64,000 nucleotides of DNA from Raillietiella orientalis (lineage: Eukaryota), in NCBI GenBank assembly GCA_036172245.1, contig JAYWIR010000003.1, forward strand, positions 2,232,001-2,296,000. Reading direction: 5' to 3'. Both the position numbers and the translations under genes were made by a program. Shown piece by piece: positions 1 to 12,261 of this stretch. Positions within the stretch are counted from its first letter, which is position 1, and the number at the start of each line of letters is the position of its first letter. The notes beneath the pieces are model-generated. The model made no database searches and had not been told where the DNA came from. It was given only the letters and a program-made list of their open reading frames with translations.

Positions 1-99
1 GAAAAAGTGGGGAGGGGGCAGTTTGCGCGAGGGTCTTTCCGAACCACATATTCTGCTTCTCTTCTTTTCTTCTTTTCTTCCGTCGTTACAATTCGCCTC

Positions 100-2780
100 C
101 TGCAGGGGTAGCGTGCAGCCTGCGCTTGGGTAGTCCTTGCTTCTCCGCCATCCCTGCTTCTCTCCTCATCATCCTCCATTTCTCTTCCTCTATCCTTCGA
201 TGCATTCTCCATTTGCCTTCCCCCTCTTCATTCGGCCTGCTTCTCCCTTCCACCTCCCCTTTTGTTCCTCTTCTTCCCTCGCGACTCTTCCATTCTCTTC
301 TCCTTCCATTCCTTGCTGCTCCACGTGACTGCTCAAAGGTTGCCACCCTGTGGGAGGGGCTGGAGTCTCCGAGGTGATGGCGCACTCATTCGCTCGAAGG
401 TACTTGGGCAAGGACAAAGGTGCACCGGGTCCCCGACTCGACTGCCCTTTTCCTTGTTTCCTCAGCCCGGGGAGAGACTGTCCGAGATCTTTGGAACCGA
501 AGCGAAATGAGAGAAGCACAGATGGGTCTCCGATCGGATGCGCGGTCGTATGGGAAACAAGAGCTGTAGATGGGGGCAGAAAGGTCTCCATCGCCCTCGG
601 GGGGCACATACTCAGCGTGGAAAGGAGGAGGGGGGAGGCGAAGCGATGACCACAAGTTCGCACCGCTCCCCTACCGAAAGAACATGCGTTCGCGTGAGCC
701 AGAGATGTTTCATCCCCTGCAGTACCCGTGGGAGACCTCATGGGGACTGGCCCCCTCAATCGCGCTTGCAACAGCCTTCCCCAGCTCCTCTCCCCTCCTG
801 CCTTTTTCGCGAGAGCGGAAGGACTGCGGTGGGATTCCCAGCAGCCGTCAGTTCTCCACTTTCTGGATATTCCCCACCCTCCGTTCGGCCCCCAGCGATA
901 CTGCCTGCGGCGATTTCGTGATTTCCACGCAGCCCATTTCCTGCCACGGTTGCCACCCTCGGAAAACGTTTCGACTGGCCGCCCCCCGACTCGTCGCCAC
1001 TGGAGCGCCCTCTGCAGGGCTCTGTCATCCTCCTATTCTTCGCCGCGTGGCCGAGTGCCTTCCGGTCTTCTCGGAGTATCAAAGCGCCGGGACATCCGCG
1101 CTTGCTCCATCGGTTCCACATCGGGACGCGGTAAGGAAGAGGTAACATGCTGCGTTCCTTCCTCCTCCCCCTCACGTTCCTTGAGCACCTCGTAGGGGCG
1201 CCTCTGCAGCCTGCGAGCATCCATCCCTGGCTGGCTCCGCGCCCTGGATCAGCCGCGACCTTGCGCTCCCACGGGGTACGACGCCGTCTCCAAGGTGACT
1301 TCTTCCCCCGTCATTCACACCGAGGGGCACGCCGAGCGGGGCGTGCAGCGCGCTGCTGGCGGAGGCGGGGGTCACGCGGCGATCAGTCGCGTGCAGAACG
1401 AGTGGCCGCGCTCTCCCAGGAGCTGCTGTGCTCCCGTCTCCTGCCAAGCGCTATCCGAGCTTCGGGTGTACGGAAGTACCGGCAAGCATTGGACCGCGGG
1501 AGGGAAGAGCGCGCGGTGGGCGCCTGGAAGGGCGGAAAGGGAAAGGACCGACGTTCCGCCATCGTAGTCTGAGCTGGATCTGGAGCAGGTGACCGAAGGG
1601 AGGATGGGGTGGCGGCGAGGGAACGGAAGAGGGGTAGGAGTAGAAGGAGACCGTCGTTCTCTCTTCGCGGTCTTCCCCTTTCCTTCTGATCTCCGAACCG
1701 TCCCTCTGCACGGCCAGCCAGCCATGATGGTTAGCGGATTCCAGGGGGCTGTCAGGAGCCACGGTGGGATGAAGACTCCAGTGGGAGCAGGCATGCGCAG
1801 CATCAGCATGTAGCCAGCGCTCTCAGAGAAATTCGCGGCCATCTTGCACTTGCCTGAAACTGCGACCTCGGATTTTCTTTTCCTTCTTCCAAGAATCGGT
1901 GTTTCCCGAATCGGCAGGACCCCTCCCCCTCGTTCGCTCTTGTAGGACGAGTATCCCGCGTTCCGGACGTAGAATTGAATAATTCCTCCTCGGGGCTTGG
2001 AGCCGCCAAGGGCAAGTTCTAGACGTACAGTTGACCTCATAGCTGGATGGTTGGATCGCCCGCCGTCTTCGAAAGCATGTAGGAGTATTCGAGCTTGCCC
2101 TGCTGAAAGCGAAGACGCCTCCTCCGGATGAATCCCAGATGTTACTTTCGGAGCAGTGCAGGATGTTTCTTCTTGGATCCCGGGGGCAAAGGCCCGCGCA
2201 AGGCGGCCGTCGTAGGCCAATCCCATGCGCGCAGTCTTCGCGTGGTTTAATGCTGCCTCGAACCGAGGCAACACCGTGATGCCTCTGGAGACTTGGCGTT
2301 CGATGACTTCGCGAAAGGTTAGCGGCAGCCGAAAAGAAGGAGGAGGCGACTGGAGCCTCCCCACTCAACTTCAGTCGTCTCCTATGAAAGGCTGTGAGAT
2401 GCGCACGAACTGGGAGAAGACGCGATAGATGCGGATGATGAATCGAGTTCACCACGTGGTCGCGAATGGTGTCCTACGTAGCTGACGCTGGCACCATAAC
2501 CTCAATCAAAACCTGGACTCATGTTCCGTTTGTTCCAAGAGGACCGGCTGCTTACAAATAAAGAATGCTCTCGAGACGCTGTTGACCTCTGTCACCTCCT
2601 CCTCCACTGGAAAGGAACGGTGTGCTGGGGGTACCGTAGGGTTGAGGTCGAACGAAGGTCCCCCTTCAACGTAAAGCAACTGCTCGAAGGGAGGTGGCCT
2701 CACCGCAGTCCAAAATCGGTTTCCGTCTTGGGCCTCTTGTTCGACTTTGCACATTAGCATCACGCACCTACCCGACATCA
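100..2780 (-). mobile_element. GC-rich decayed coding-like region, possibly LINE ORF1 (gag-like, Tx1/L1 type)
   Basis: Several long overlapping minus-strand ORFs. A degenerate knuckle-like segment ...GCPGALILREDRKALGHAAKNRRMTEPCRG (~1020-1100) is followed by an E/R/G-rich low-complexity tail. Most of the cysteines are missing, so this is weak. Confidence 0.3.
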
Positions 2781-2961
2781 GCAAGCGAGCTATCTATGCA
2801 AGAATTCTCATCCGAATCACGGTCATCTCTCACAATGTCACCTCTCACACTCCAACACATAGTTCCAACATACTATGCTGGAACTATGTGTTGAGTGTTC
2901 CAACTATGTTGGAACACTCCAACATAGTAATCATTAAGTTCTATTCTAAAGGAAATGTTGG

Positions 2962-4180
2962 AAATAAATAGCGATCCATTCTTATTGGAATGGATTTAAG
3001 GCTACCAGTGGTGCCTTGAGCTTTTGGATCGCCTTGATGGCATCTCTGTCTTCAAGGTAAGAAGCCAAACAGCTTCTTAATTACAGTAGTTTCTTATAAG
3101 TACAGTAGGTTCTCACAGTACAATAGCTTCTTACAAGCTAAACAGTTCTTTAGCGCTCTTGAACAGCAGTTTGACATTTTTTAATTAGGTCGTTCATGAC
3201 CACTTCAAATGGAAAGCTGCCAATAATGTGATGGTTGCCGAGAATGGCTTGATGATAATGATTTCCTGGAAACCACCGCTACTGCTGCCTACCGTTTCTA
3301 CCATCTCGTTCGTTTGCATTTTCAAGTTTTGTCCTCAGCACATCAAGGACTAAAAACGAAAATATCACTTCCTCCCTCGAATTTGGAGAAAATTTCGAAA
3401 GAACCCAAAGGTAGAACCCAGCCTTGGATAGCCGGGAAGCCACGCCCCGACTGCGTCATAAGATTTTAGCTCGTGACGATTCCGCGAGCAGTTTTTCCTG
3501 CTGCGCAGCCTCAGTTGAATCCCCCGCTACCGACTTCTATGCTCCATTTTTCTTCGGACAGCAGAGATCACAATACACTGTATTAGCATTTAGAGTGCTT
3601 CTTTTGATTTGATGCAAGCTGTTCTAAAAAAAAAAAAAAAAAAAAAAAGTTAGAAACGGGAACTGAAGAGTGATGGAAGCTTACCGAAAGCGGAGCAGTT
3701 CGGATTGCAGGGACAGGTAGCCTAAGGGAAGCACCGAACTTCCGGAAAATACTCTTTCTCTCCGCCTGAACCTGATCGGAGTACTTTTGCTGAGATTCGG
3801 CAAATGTACGGCTTTCTCAAAACCAAGATGAGTTTTTCCTTTCTTCCAGCCGCCGAGTCTTTTCCGTGTTTCGGCAGGAAGATGGAGGGGAAATCGTAAT
3901 GGGACGAGGTGGTAAACACACTTGTCTTGCGACTGGTGTGGCTTTCGCTAAATTTTTCGGCCGCGAACCCAGAAGAATCGAATTCGCAGAAGAATGGTAA
4001 AAGGTATTGCGATACGCAAGTCGGCCTAACTGAAAAATAAATCAAACCTCTGTTCAGCAGCACAAAGGAACAAACAGCTTCTCACCTTGAAGGCAGCGAT
4101 GCTGTCAAGACGATCCAAGAGCTCAAAGCGCCACTGGTAGCCTTAAATCCATTCCAATAAGAATGGATCGCTATTCATTT
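2962..4180. repeat. ~104-bp inverted repeats (2962-3065 / 4077-4180), a possible MITE-like or foldback element
   Basis: The 45 bp at 2967-3011 and 4131-4175 are perfect reverse complements, and the inner ~55 bp are imperfect. Each arm carries the internal hairpin ATCCATTC-N6-GAATGGAT. No clear target-site duplication. Confidence 0.85.
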
Positions 4181-5844
4181 TACCGGGAACATTTCCAACA
4201 TTGGTGTTCTTCGCAGCCCGAGCATCTTCGAACCTTTCTGCCGCTGTTTTCCACGAGAAGCTTCCACGTGGCCCATTTATGAAAGTTCGGGGCTGCTTCG
4301 CTACTGCCGCAGATCCATCTTTCCTCAGAGGAACATTCCATGCGATGATTTTTCAGAGACCGGAAGAAACAATGGACTAATAGTTGTGGACTATGGGGCT
4401 CCGAAGCGTGGAACACTAATAGTGTTCTGCCAATTCGACACGTCCCTCGTTCTCCTGTGCCACACTCGCTACGAGGGGAATTCCTCTGACGTTGATTTGT
4501 GGAACTCGAACCACGGGAACACGTCGGCAACTGCAAATGGCGCTGTGATCTGTCTCAAGGTCGGCAGAAGACACCCGCTCCGAGAAGCAGCGGCCAGCAA
4601 AGCTACTCTTGGTAGAGTAACAGAGGGACCGTTTCGGGAAAGCGAATGCCGCTAGCCAGGACGAGAAGTTTCGTCACATCTCCACGATTGACTTTTCTCA
4701 CCAGAGGGCTGGGAATTTTTGGAGCGTGGACGCGGGTCACAGGACCAGACGTCACGAGCGGTTCTCGACTGAAACGTTTCTTACCTGAAGCGACTTGAAA
4801 CTTTCCATCGGTTCCTTCAGATGCTTTCTCATGATGGGCTGCGGTTGCGAGTGTCGAATCGGAAAGCAATGACGATTCCAGCCCGATGGGAAGATGCTTG
4901 CTTCTGCAGAGAGAGAAAGAGAGAAAAGTAGAGTATCAGAGATTATAGAGGTTCCTGGAGTCTCCAAAAAGATAAACCAAACGGGGAATCAGAGATGAGC
5001 AGCTTCACAATGATCAGTGGCACTGCGGAACAGAGGCCTTCTTTTCGAATCAACGGTTGGCTTTTTGTTCTCTTGGATTCAGAGAGTCACGACGAGTGGC
5101 AAGAACAGTGGACTCGCACTGATGGAAGAGAATTTCTGCCATGATGCTCCACTGGGGCTGCTGCTATGGAGACCTGTTGCCATCCGGATGAAATCACAGG
5201 AAACCGCGTGGTGAGTGGTGTGCTTTAGCCATTCATGTGGGGTGGAGACAGATAGCTCCCCCGTTTCATCGGTTGCTTAACAATGACTAGGTGAATGATC
5301 ATTGTTATGCAACCATTGTTAAGAGAGCCCATTATGTACCGCAACCATTTTTTTTGTACCTATTATAAATGGCAAGCAAAACTATTTGCACACAGCCTCC
5401 AAAGAGATTCATGAACAAATTGGTGATGGTGGTACATCCAAGGGATCTAAAAAGATTCCAGGATAGATTTTTTTTTCCATTCCGAATGAAAATGCCTGGA
5501 GAGTCCTTCTTGATCTATTTTGCGCTGCAAAAGACAGAGCACGGCAAAAGCCTGCAGATGAATGCGGGGGGGGGGGGGAACACGGAAAAGTGGGATGGTA
5601 ACGATTTCTGGCCCCTCTGATTACAGCAGCAACAAGAAGATTACCGCCACGTTTCGAGACCATGCCCACCGCTCAGGAAAGCGCAACTCACAGAAGAAGA
5701 CTGATTCAATATGAGTCCAGAAAATGTTTTACAGTTCCTATGTGAATTATAAATAAAGAAAAATACAACCTGACAAAACAAACTGAATTTGAGTGATCAC
5801 GGGAAGATGGCAAAAAGGACAGAAATGAGACGCTTGAGACACTC

Positions 5845-7670
5845 TCTGATTTGAAACATAGCAAGAGTAATAGATGTGTTAGTATTTATATACCTGGATG
5901 CTCACCAATTTTATCTGAAGAAGCATCCTAGTGATCCAGAAAAGCTGGAAGATTCCTAATTTCAACAGCAAACAACTGCATATCGAAGACCAATAAGAGG
6001 AGAGATCGAAGGCGAATTGATCTTTGGTTGCATTGAAAATGAAAAAAGAAAAAGAAAACAAAGGCTTCGCAATGCGTTCGTAGGGAACCACGCCCACGAA
6101 CGGATTTTCTCAAGATAAGGACGCGAGGCAGCAAACCAAGTCACGCCACACCTGCAAGCCTCCTCTCTTCTGAAAGGATCGCGAATTTTGTTTGGGACTT
6201 TCGGACCTTCGGCAAACGAACGCTTTGCTCCCGGAAAGCACTTTCGCGTCCGCACGTCATTTCGCTGTTTGCTGCTTTCCGTACAGATCTGGTCCAGCCG
6301 CTCCCCCGATCCATAGCGCTACTATCCATAGCGCGGTTTCCACAGCTTCCAGCTCCTCCCCATCCCATGCCTCCTTGCACCGTCTCTTCGCACCTTCTGC
6401 CTGCCCAAATCGACCCCCCAGGATTTCCGAATCGGAGCCACCCCACTCGCCCTGTGATTTGCGGAACGGAATCCGACTTCCCGGAACGCCGATCCCGTGG
6501 ACTTCATCGGGATTTCACCGACTCAGGGACCCTTCGTCCAGCAGGAATCATTACTTCCACACACGGAGCTCCGCTTGCGAATCCGGAAAACTTTCCGGAA
6601 TCATCATCGCGGTGTTAGCAGATTTCCTACACGAAAAAGTGCGGGAGCGGCAGTTCTTCTTGATTTATGCTCCTCCTCTGAAAATAGGTATTCAGTCGCG
6701 AACAAACAAGGTGTCCATTTTATTTCAATCGAGATGATATAGGTTCGTGCGGCTCCCTGGGGATGGAGGGCGAGGTTTCCCACTCGTTTCGGGTGAGTGT
6801 GTGCCTCCGTGCACGGTCAAAACGAGTCAAACACACGATCACGATGCAGCCAAAGGATCACTGGAACTCTTTTTTCGCGGTAATGGGAGACGTTTCTTGA
6901 TTATCAAGAGATGCTCCTGAAGAGCAAAAATCCTTTTTAAATAAACACCGCGTGCCTAGAAAAAAAACACTTTCTCCTTCGTGCAGATGAACGCAGCAGC
7001 CCGGCAGGAGAACCTTCCGTAACTTTCTATTAAGGCATGCTGAAGTGAGGTTGGCTTTTGGAAGTTTTGAAATCCGCAGGCTGAAGGGTGAAGAACGAGA
7101 TCCACGCTGCGTGGATGGGAAAAATCTTCAGAAACAAGCTTCCAATGGATCCATTCCGGCAATCCCTGCTAGAATCAGCTGTAGCTGAAGATCACACACC
7201 CATCTGAGAAGCGACAGCGATATGCGAGTTATAATATATTCCCATTTTGCGAGTGCCGTTTATTGCAGAATGGCGATTTTTCCACCTCGCTATTATAATG
7301 GTAATCGGGTTTAGAATCTTCCAGTGCTCGCAGATGCCTGAAGATCTGCGGTCGTTGAAAATCAAACCCACTGCAAGCGTTTTCTCACAACAGCCCATTC
7401 ACGATTTTGATTCTTCCTGATCAATGAACCAAAACCAAATCTGATAATCGGAAACAGAAGAGAGGATTTCATCTCTGGTTTCAAAATTTAGTTGCCTTCG
7501 ATCTCTGCTCTTATTGATCTTTGATATGCAGTTTGCTGTTGGACTTGCTGATCTTCCAGATGTGCCGGGGAACTAGGATGTTTCTTCAGATAAAACTGGG
7601 GTGAGCACCCCCATGCACAGACACTAACATTCTCAGGCATCCATTTGTTCTTGCTGTTTCAAATCAGAAA
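5845..7670. repeat. Diverged ~175-bp inverted repeats (about 5845-6020 / 7488-7670)
   Basis: Ordered shared blocks in opposite orientation: TCTGATTTGAAACA, TGCTCACC, TTTTATCTGAAGAA-CATCCTAGT, CTGGAAGAT, ACTGCATATC and CAATAAGAG-AGAGATCGAAGGC. Confidence 0.85.
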
Positions 7671-9264
7671 CTGTGCAAAGAGGAAACTGCTTTCATCATA
7701 TGGGGGGCTAAACAGATTCCCACAAATTTATCCAAAAGATAAATTTTTCGAAACTCACCGGAGCTTAACACCGTTTTGTGGGACAGAGTCCGAGTTTCGA
7801 TATGGAGTGTATTCAAACCATTTGTGTTTGTGTGTGTGTGTGTGTGTTTTTCTCCCATTCAGAGATCCCTTCGGAAAGCTTGTGGTCCTCTGAAGTAGAA
7901 AATGTGCATTTCGGCATGACGAAGCAACCCAGGATGCTGTTTTCTTCCCATGCACTCCTGCATTTCCATTGTGTCTTGATGCTTCGGCATAGGAGATCCT
8001 TCCATCCGCTCTCGAGGACGATCGCCTCGAAAGCGCGAAGTCAGTGATATTTCTTGCATGAAATTGATCGGAAAGATTATTTGTTTATGCTGATAAGACA
8101 GCAAAATGGAAAAACACGGATAAAGCAGATAGTTCTAAATTCTACAGTGCTGGAAAGAGATGTTTGAATAAGCAGCTTTGGTTTGCTGCTCCTTGGTGTC
8201 CCTTTCTTCCTCCATTAGGAACAGTTCTTGCACTAGAGAAATCGGATTGCAGTTTAAAGACCGCGAACTCCGATGCGTTCTGAAAGGTCGATTTCGTAAA
8301 TAAACCTTAAAAAATGAATCGTCATTCGAATGCAGGCCAAACAAAGCATCCAACCTAGCGTGGCATCCCCATGAAATCCTCAAAGAGAATGCAGTGAGCA
8401 TCCAGCTCCGGATGCTCATAAAGATGCTCGGCTGCTGTATGGTGCATTGCCTCCACGAAAGTTTTGCAGTGGTGTCCTTCCTCGGAGTCCTGTCGCTAAT
8501 GATATGGACCGTTTGTAAAAAAAAAAAAAAAAAAATGAAACAGAAACAGCCAATTCATTAGAAAGGAAATCCGAGCGCCGGATGGGCTGCAGAAAAAAAA
8601 AAGAAAAAGAAACGAAAAAAATTCGCTCCGTTGAAAGGCAGCTTTGACAGATTCGTTGGATTTCAACCCAAGCCAAATTACTGTTATTTCTTCCTTTGAA
8701 GAGAAGAGAATAAGAATAGGCACATGAGATGCTTCAAAGGCTCGGACAGAAAGAAAAAAGAGAAACTCCTTTTGGAAAGATTTTCTTGGAATCCATCTCG
8801 AGACTGGAGGTTTTTGTCGCAGACCGTTTTTCAAGGATTGAACGTTCGTTGCATTGCACTTCAAATTGAGAATTCATTTCCTCAGCCTCTCTCCTGCCCT
8901 TCAGAACGAAGATCCGTGTACTTCGCCATAACCCATTCTCCTTCTTATAGGCTGACCCCTTTTCTGCAGAGCTTTCGTGCATTCAGATCAATGAAGCTAT
9001 GACGCGACTTACAACTGATTACACACAATAAATCCAGGAGTGTAAACGTAAGCAGTGTTCCAGAAATGATCCCGCGGCGTTGGTTCTTTTTGATGAGCTG
9101 ATCACGAATTTGGATCTGCTAGGTCCGAAAATCTTCAGTCGATCCAAGGTGCGGGGAACGGATCTGAAGCTCCGCGTAGCCCAGCCACGTGTTCCTGGAG
9201 TCCTCCTTTCATCCGGGATTTTGCTTCGGAGATTCGATTTCGGTTTCCTTGGAGGTGTCCTTAC

Positions 9265-9345
9265 CAATGCAGAATCGTTTCAAAGGTCCCTACCGGGATG
9301 TCGCTCATTAATCTCGTAACTGAGCTTGAGGATTTCTCCAGGTAC
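9265..9345 (-). CDS. Candidate internal exon (81 nt, phase 2-2) with a BTB-domain-like peptide
   Basis: Strong acceptor (T-run...CCTTTGCAG) and donor (GTAAGG). Only one frame is open: YLEKSSSSVTRLMSDIPVGTFETILH. This loosely resembles the BTB segment ES...I.L.D....F..IL. Confidence 0.3.
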
Positions 9346-9436
9346 CTGCAAAGGCTAGACAAAAAAAAAAAATGCCTTTGATGGAGTCAGCTTTCTTTTT
9401 TTTTTCGCTGAGCAAATTTTGAATTTATTTCAAAAC

Positions 9437-9770
9437 ATCACACATGCAGTCTGTAGGCAGGAAAAAAAAATAATGCAGTGCAGGCAGTTTTACAGATGTT
9501 GCTCTTACAGCTTACATCAAACACCAACTTCCCTTCTTCAGAAGATACCAACCATCATCTTCACTCTCTGCTCAAAGGTTAGGCAGAAAAAATGCTTTTG
9601 ATGAAATCCACTTTTTTTTTTTTACTACGGTTACCTGAAAAGACCCATGCACTGTGCAAATCTTGAACTCATTCTAAAATACCACACATGCAGGATATTT
9701 GACAATCTGTAGGCAAAAAAGGAAAAAACGAAAAACTTAGTGCAGGCAGTTTTACAGATGTTCTTACAGA
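9437..9770. repeat. Local direct duplication (~9437-9510 and ~9682-9770)
   Basis: Both copies have CACACATGCAG, TCTGTAGGCA, an A-run and AGTGCAGGCAGTTTTACAGATGTT. Confidence 0.85.
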
Positions 9771-11095
9771 TACTAGACATAATCTGTTAACGTTCTAATC
9801 ATCTCAGCCATCAGTAGAGTGCAGGGACTCTTGGTAGAGAGAGAGCTACTTGTTCGTGGATCAGGATTACCAGCAGTGGATAGGCAACCAAGACCGAGTC
9901 GATTAAACGTTTGGATTTCGATAGCAAAAAAGGGTGTGCCATCTGTGGCTTTCGTTCTGAGGTAGGCAGCGGACGAATACCAAGTGCCGATTTTCCAGCT
10001 TGCATGGAATGGAAAAAACTCACCATGCAGGCATCACTCCTCTTAATGTGAAGAAATGTTGGTAAATTTGGCCCAAAATGTAGCAATCATAGTTCTTGAG
10101 ACTGTGTGAGAAGCATCGGATGCCAACATAGAACAGAGAGTAAACTCCTCGTGAAATCAAACCGTTTCTCGCAACCGTTTTCATGAACCGCAAGTAACAG
10201 ACAGTGGAAACACACACACACACACAGAACTGCACATTGAATTCCAATGCAGTTTAGTAGTAGCACCAAACACATAAATTCACAAAACAAATTAGTTGAA
10301 GATGCTTGCGACATTTAGTATCATGACACTTCCAGAATTGCCAAAAAAAAACTCCATTGATGTTTCCGGAGTCGAGAATTTTCGTTTTTTCTTCCACTTC
10401 CTTTACTTTATGACATATGGGATTCATCTGAACAGACATTTTACGCTCGTTGTTTGAGATTCCCCCGCCGTCACAAGAAGCAGATCGAGCGCAGTCGCTT
10501 TCAGCATTGCTGAAACAAGATGTTCGTGAAAATAGGCAACAGATCTCTTCTTCTGGGAACGCAGTGATGATCGTCAAAGCTCCTCTAACTCCAGGTTCAC
10601 GCCTTAATGGCCTCAGGAAAAAAGCCTCAGAGGTGGGTAGGTGGGAAAGGCATCCTTTCCAAAGAGAGAAACCCACTACCCTCCAACGCGATGGGATGCA
10701 AAGCCGGCAGTGTTTTGCAACTAAATATTTACAAACCATAAAAAAATAAACCTTCTTTAATTCAAAGTGCCAACTCTCCGAGGATTTTCCTTGTTCTCCA
10801 TCCTGTTTGCAGCCTCTCCAGTCATGCGAGATGGACGCCGGTAGAGATTCCTTCCGTGTTCAGCCATACAGGGGATGAACACAATTTCCATAAGTAATCA
10901 GCATTAGGGTTTTTACAAGCGAGTTGAATGGAACCCAATCAAATTCAATTCTACAAGTAAAAGAAATCTTTATGAACAAGGAAAATAAGCCACCTGAGAA
11001 CACGAGAGTCAGATCCCATGATCTCCCGGATTCTTAAGAACTGATGGTTGCTAGGCGTGGCGTGTGGATCGCGTACCCCCGCCTAGTGGGAAGTG

Positions 11096-11103
11096 CATAT
11101 AAG
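11096..11103 (+). promoter_or_regulatory. TATA-like element upstream of the H2B pseudogene
   Basis: CATATAAG lies about 20 nt upstream of the H2B ATG. Support is position and sequence only. Confidence 0.3.
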
Positions 11104-11120
11104 AGGTGCAGAAGAGTGCG

Positions 11121-11498
11121 ATGGCTCCCAAGCCCGGAATCGGAAAGGCAGTAAACAAAAGAGACTGGTGAACCTCAGAAAAACATCACGAAAGGAGGCA
11201 AGAAGAAAAAGAGGAAGAGGAAGGAGGGTTTGAGCGATCTACATCTACAAAGTGCTGAGGCAGGTACACCTGGACACGGTCATCTCGAGAAAGGCCATGG
11301 CAATCACGAGCAGCTTTGTGAACGACATCTTCGAGCGCACGGCTACAGAAGCGTCCCTCTTGTCACATTGACATTACAGCTAGCGAGCAACCATCACCAT
11401 CCAGGTGGTACAACGGCAGTGCGTCCAATGCTACCCGGGGAATTGGCCCCGTTTCGAGAGTTACGAAAATGGTGACCAAGTACAAGAGCTCGAAATGA
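11121..11498 (+). pseudogene. H2B: Histone H2B pseudogene with frameshifts and premature stops
   Basis: ATG at 11121 begins MAPKPGIGKAV. Across frameshifts it continues [81 protein letters not shown] and VTKYKSSK* (TGA 11496-11498). This is collinear with canonical H2B ([36 protein letters not shown]...TAVRLLLPGELA...VTKYTSSK). No intron. Confidence 0.95.
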
Positions 11499-12261
11499 GC
11501 ACCGGACAACTGCTGTCGCCCGATCACCTTGTCTGGCCAAACCAGCATCGTGTGGAAAAAGTGCCACGTTTGTAGGAGCTGTCTCCTTTATTTCTTTATT
11601 TTCATATTTTGATTCGCTGAGTACTGAAGAACTGCTCTCCTCCTGAGGGGCAGGGGAGCTCACAGAGCTCACTAACGCTTTGGGTGCGGAGGTCATCGGA
11701 TTTGAACGTTCTGTGTTGACGGCACGCGATTCTCAGTGGAGACCTCCGTGGACGGAACGCTTCTTCGCGTACCACGTGCTCCATTGAGGTACCGATGCAC
11801 TATATAAAGTGCTGATTAAAGCTAATGCTGTAATTGTTTGTTTACACCACATCAAGTAATATATTTTCATTTTTAGCAAACATATTATTTATTTAAAAAT
11901 TATAATTACAATTCGAATAAATCAGTGATTCATTTACATTTTTTAAGATATCCCAAAGATGAAAAATAATATAATAAATTATATACGACAGCGAGAGAAA
12001 CTGAGAATACTTAATCGATATAAATAGAATTTTGTTTACTGTCGTTGCTAAGGTAATTATAAGAGCGCAAGTGCATGCGTCCACATAAATAATAGTAACT
12101 TATGTAGCTTATACATGGTAAAAACATTTGCAAAACGCATATGTGAGTCCACAGTCCACGCCGATGATTTTCGCCGATCCCACAGATCCATCCACAGAGC
12201 ACGCCGATAGTTTTCGTCTATGTGTCCATGGCACTCAAAGTGTTAACGCTGTGCGCTCCTT

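Noticed and set aside
1372..2364. Longest ORF in the window (330 aa) as a host gene
   Set aside because: No recognisable domain. It sits in a GC-rich region with overlapping ORFs in several frames and is more likely decayed transposon sequence.
3663..3690. CTGAAGAG...CGAAA hammerhead-like core
   Set aside because: Stem II does not pair properly, and there is no stem III or cleavage triplet.
10770..11010. Possible divergent H2A remnant on the minus strand (SRVLRWLIFLVHK; GVHLA*LE...ILGELA)
   Set aside because: Far more degraded than the adjacent H2B, with wrong internal spacing and too little room for an H2A-H2B promoter. Chance similarity cannot be excluded.
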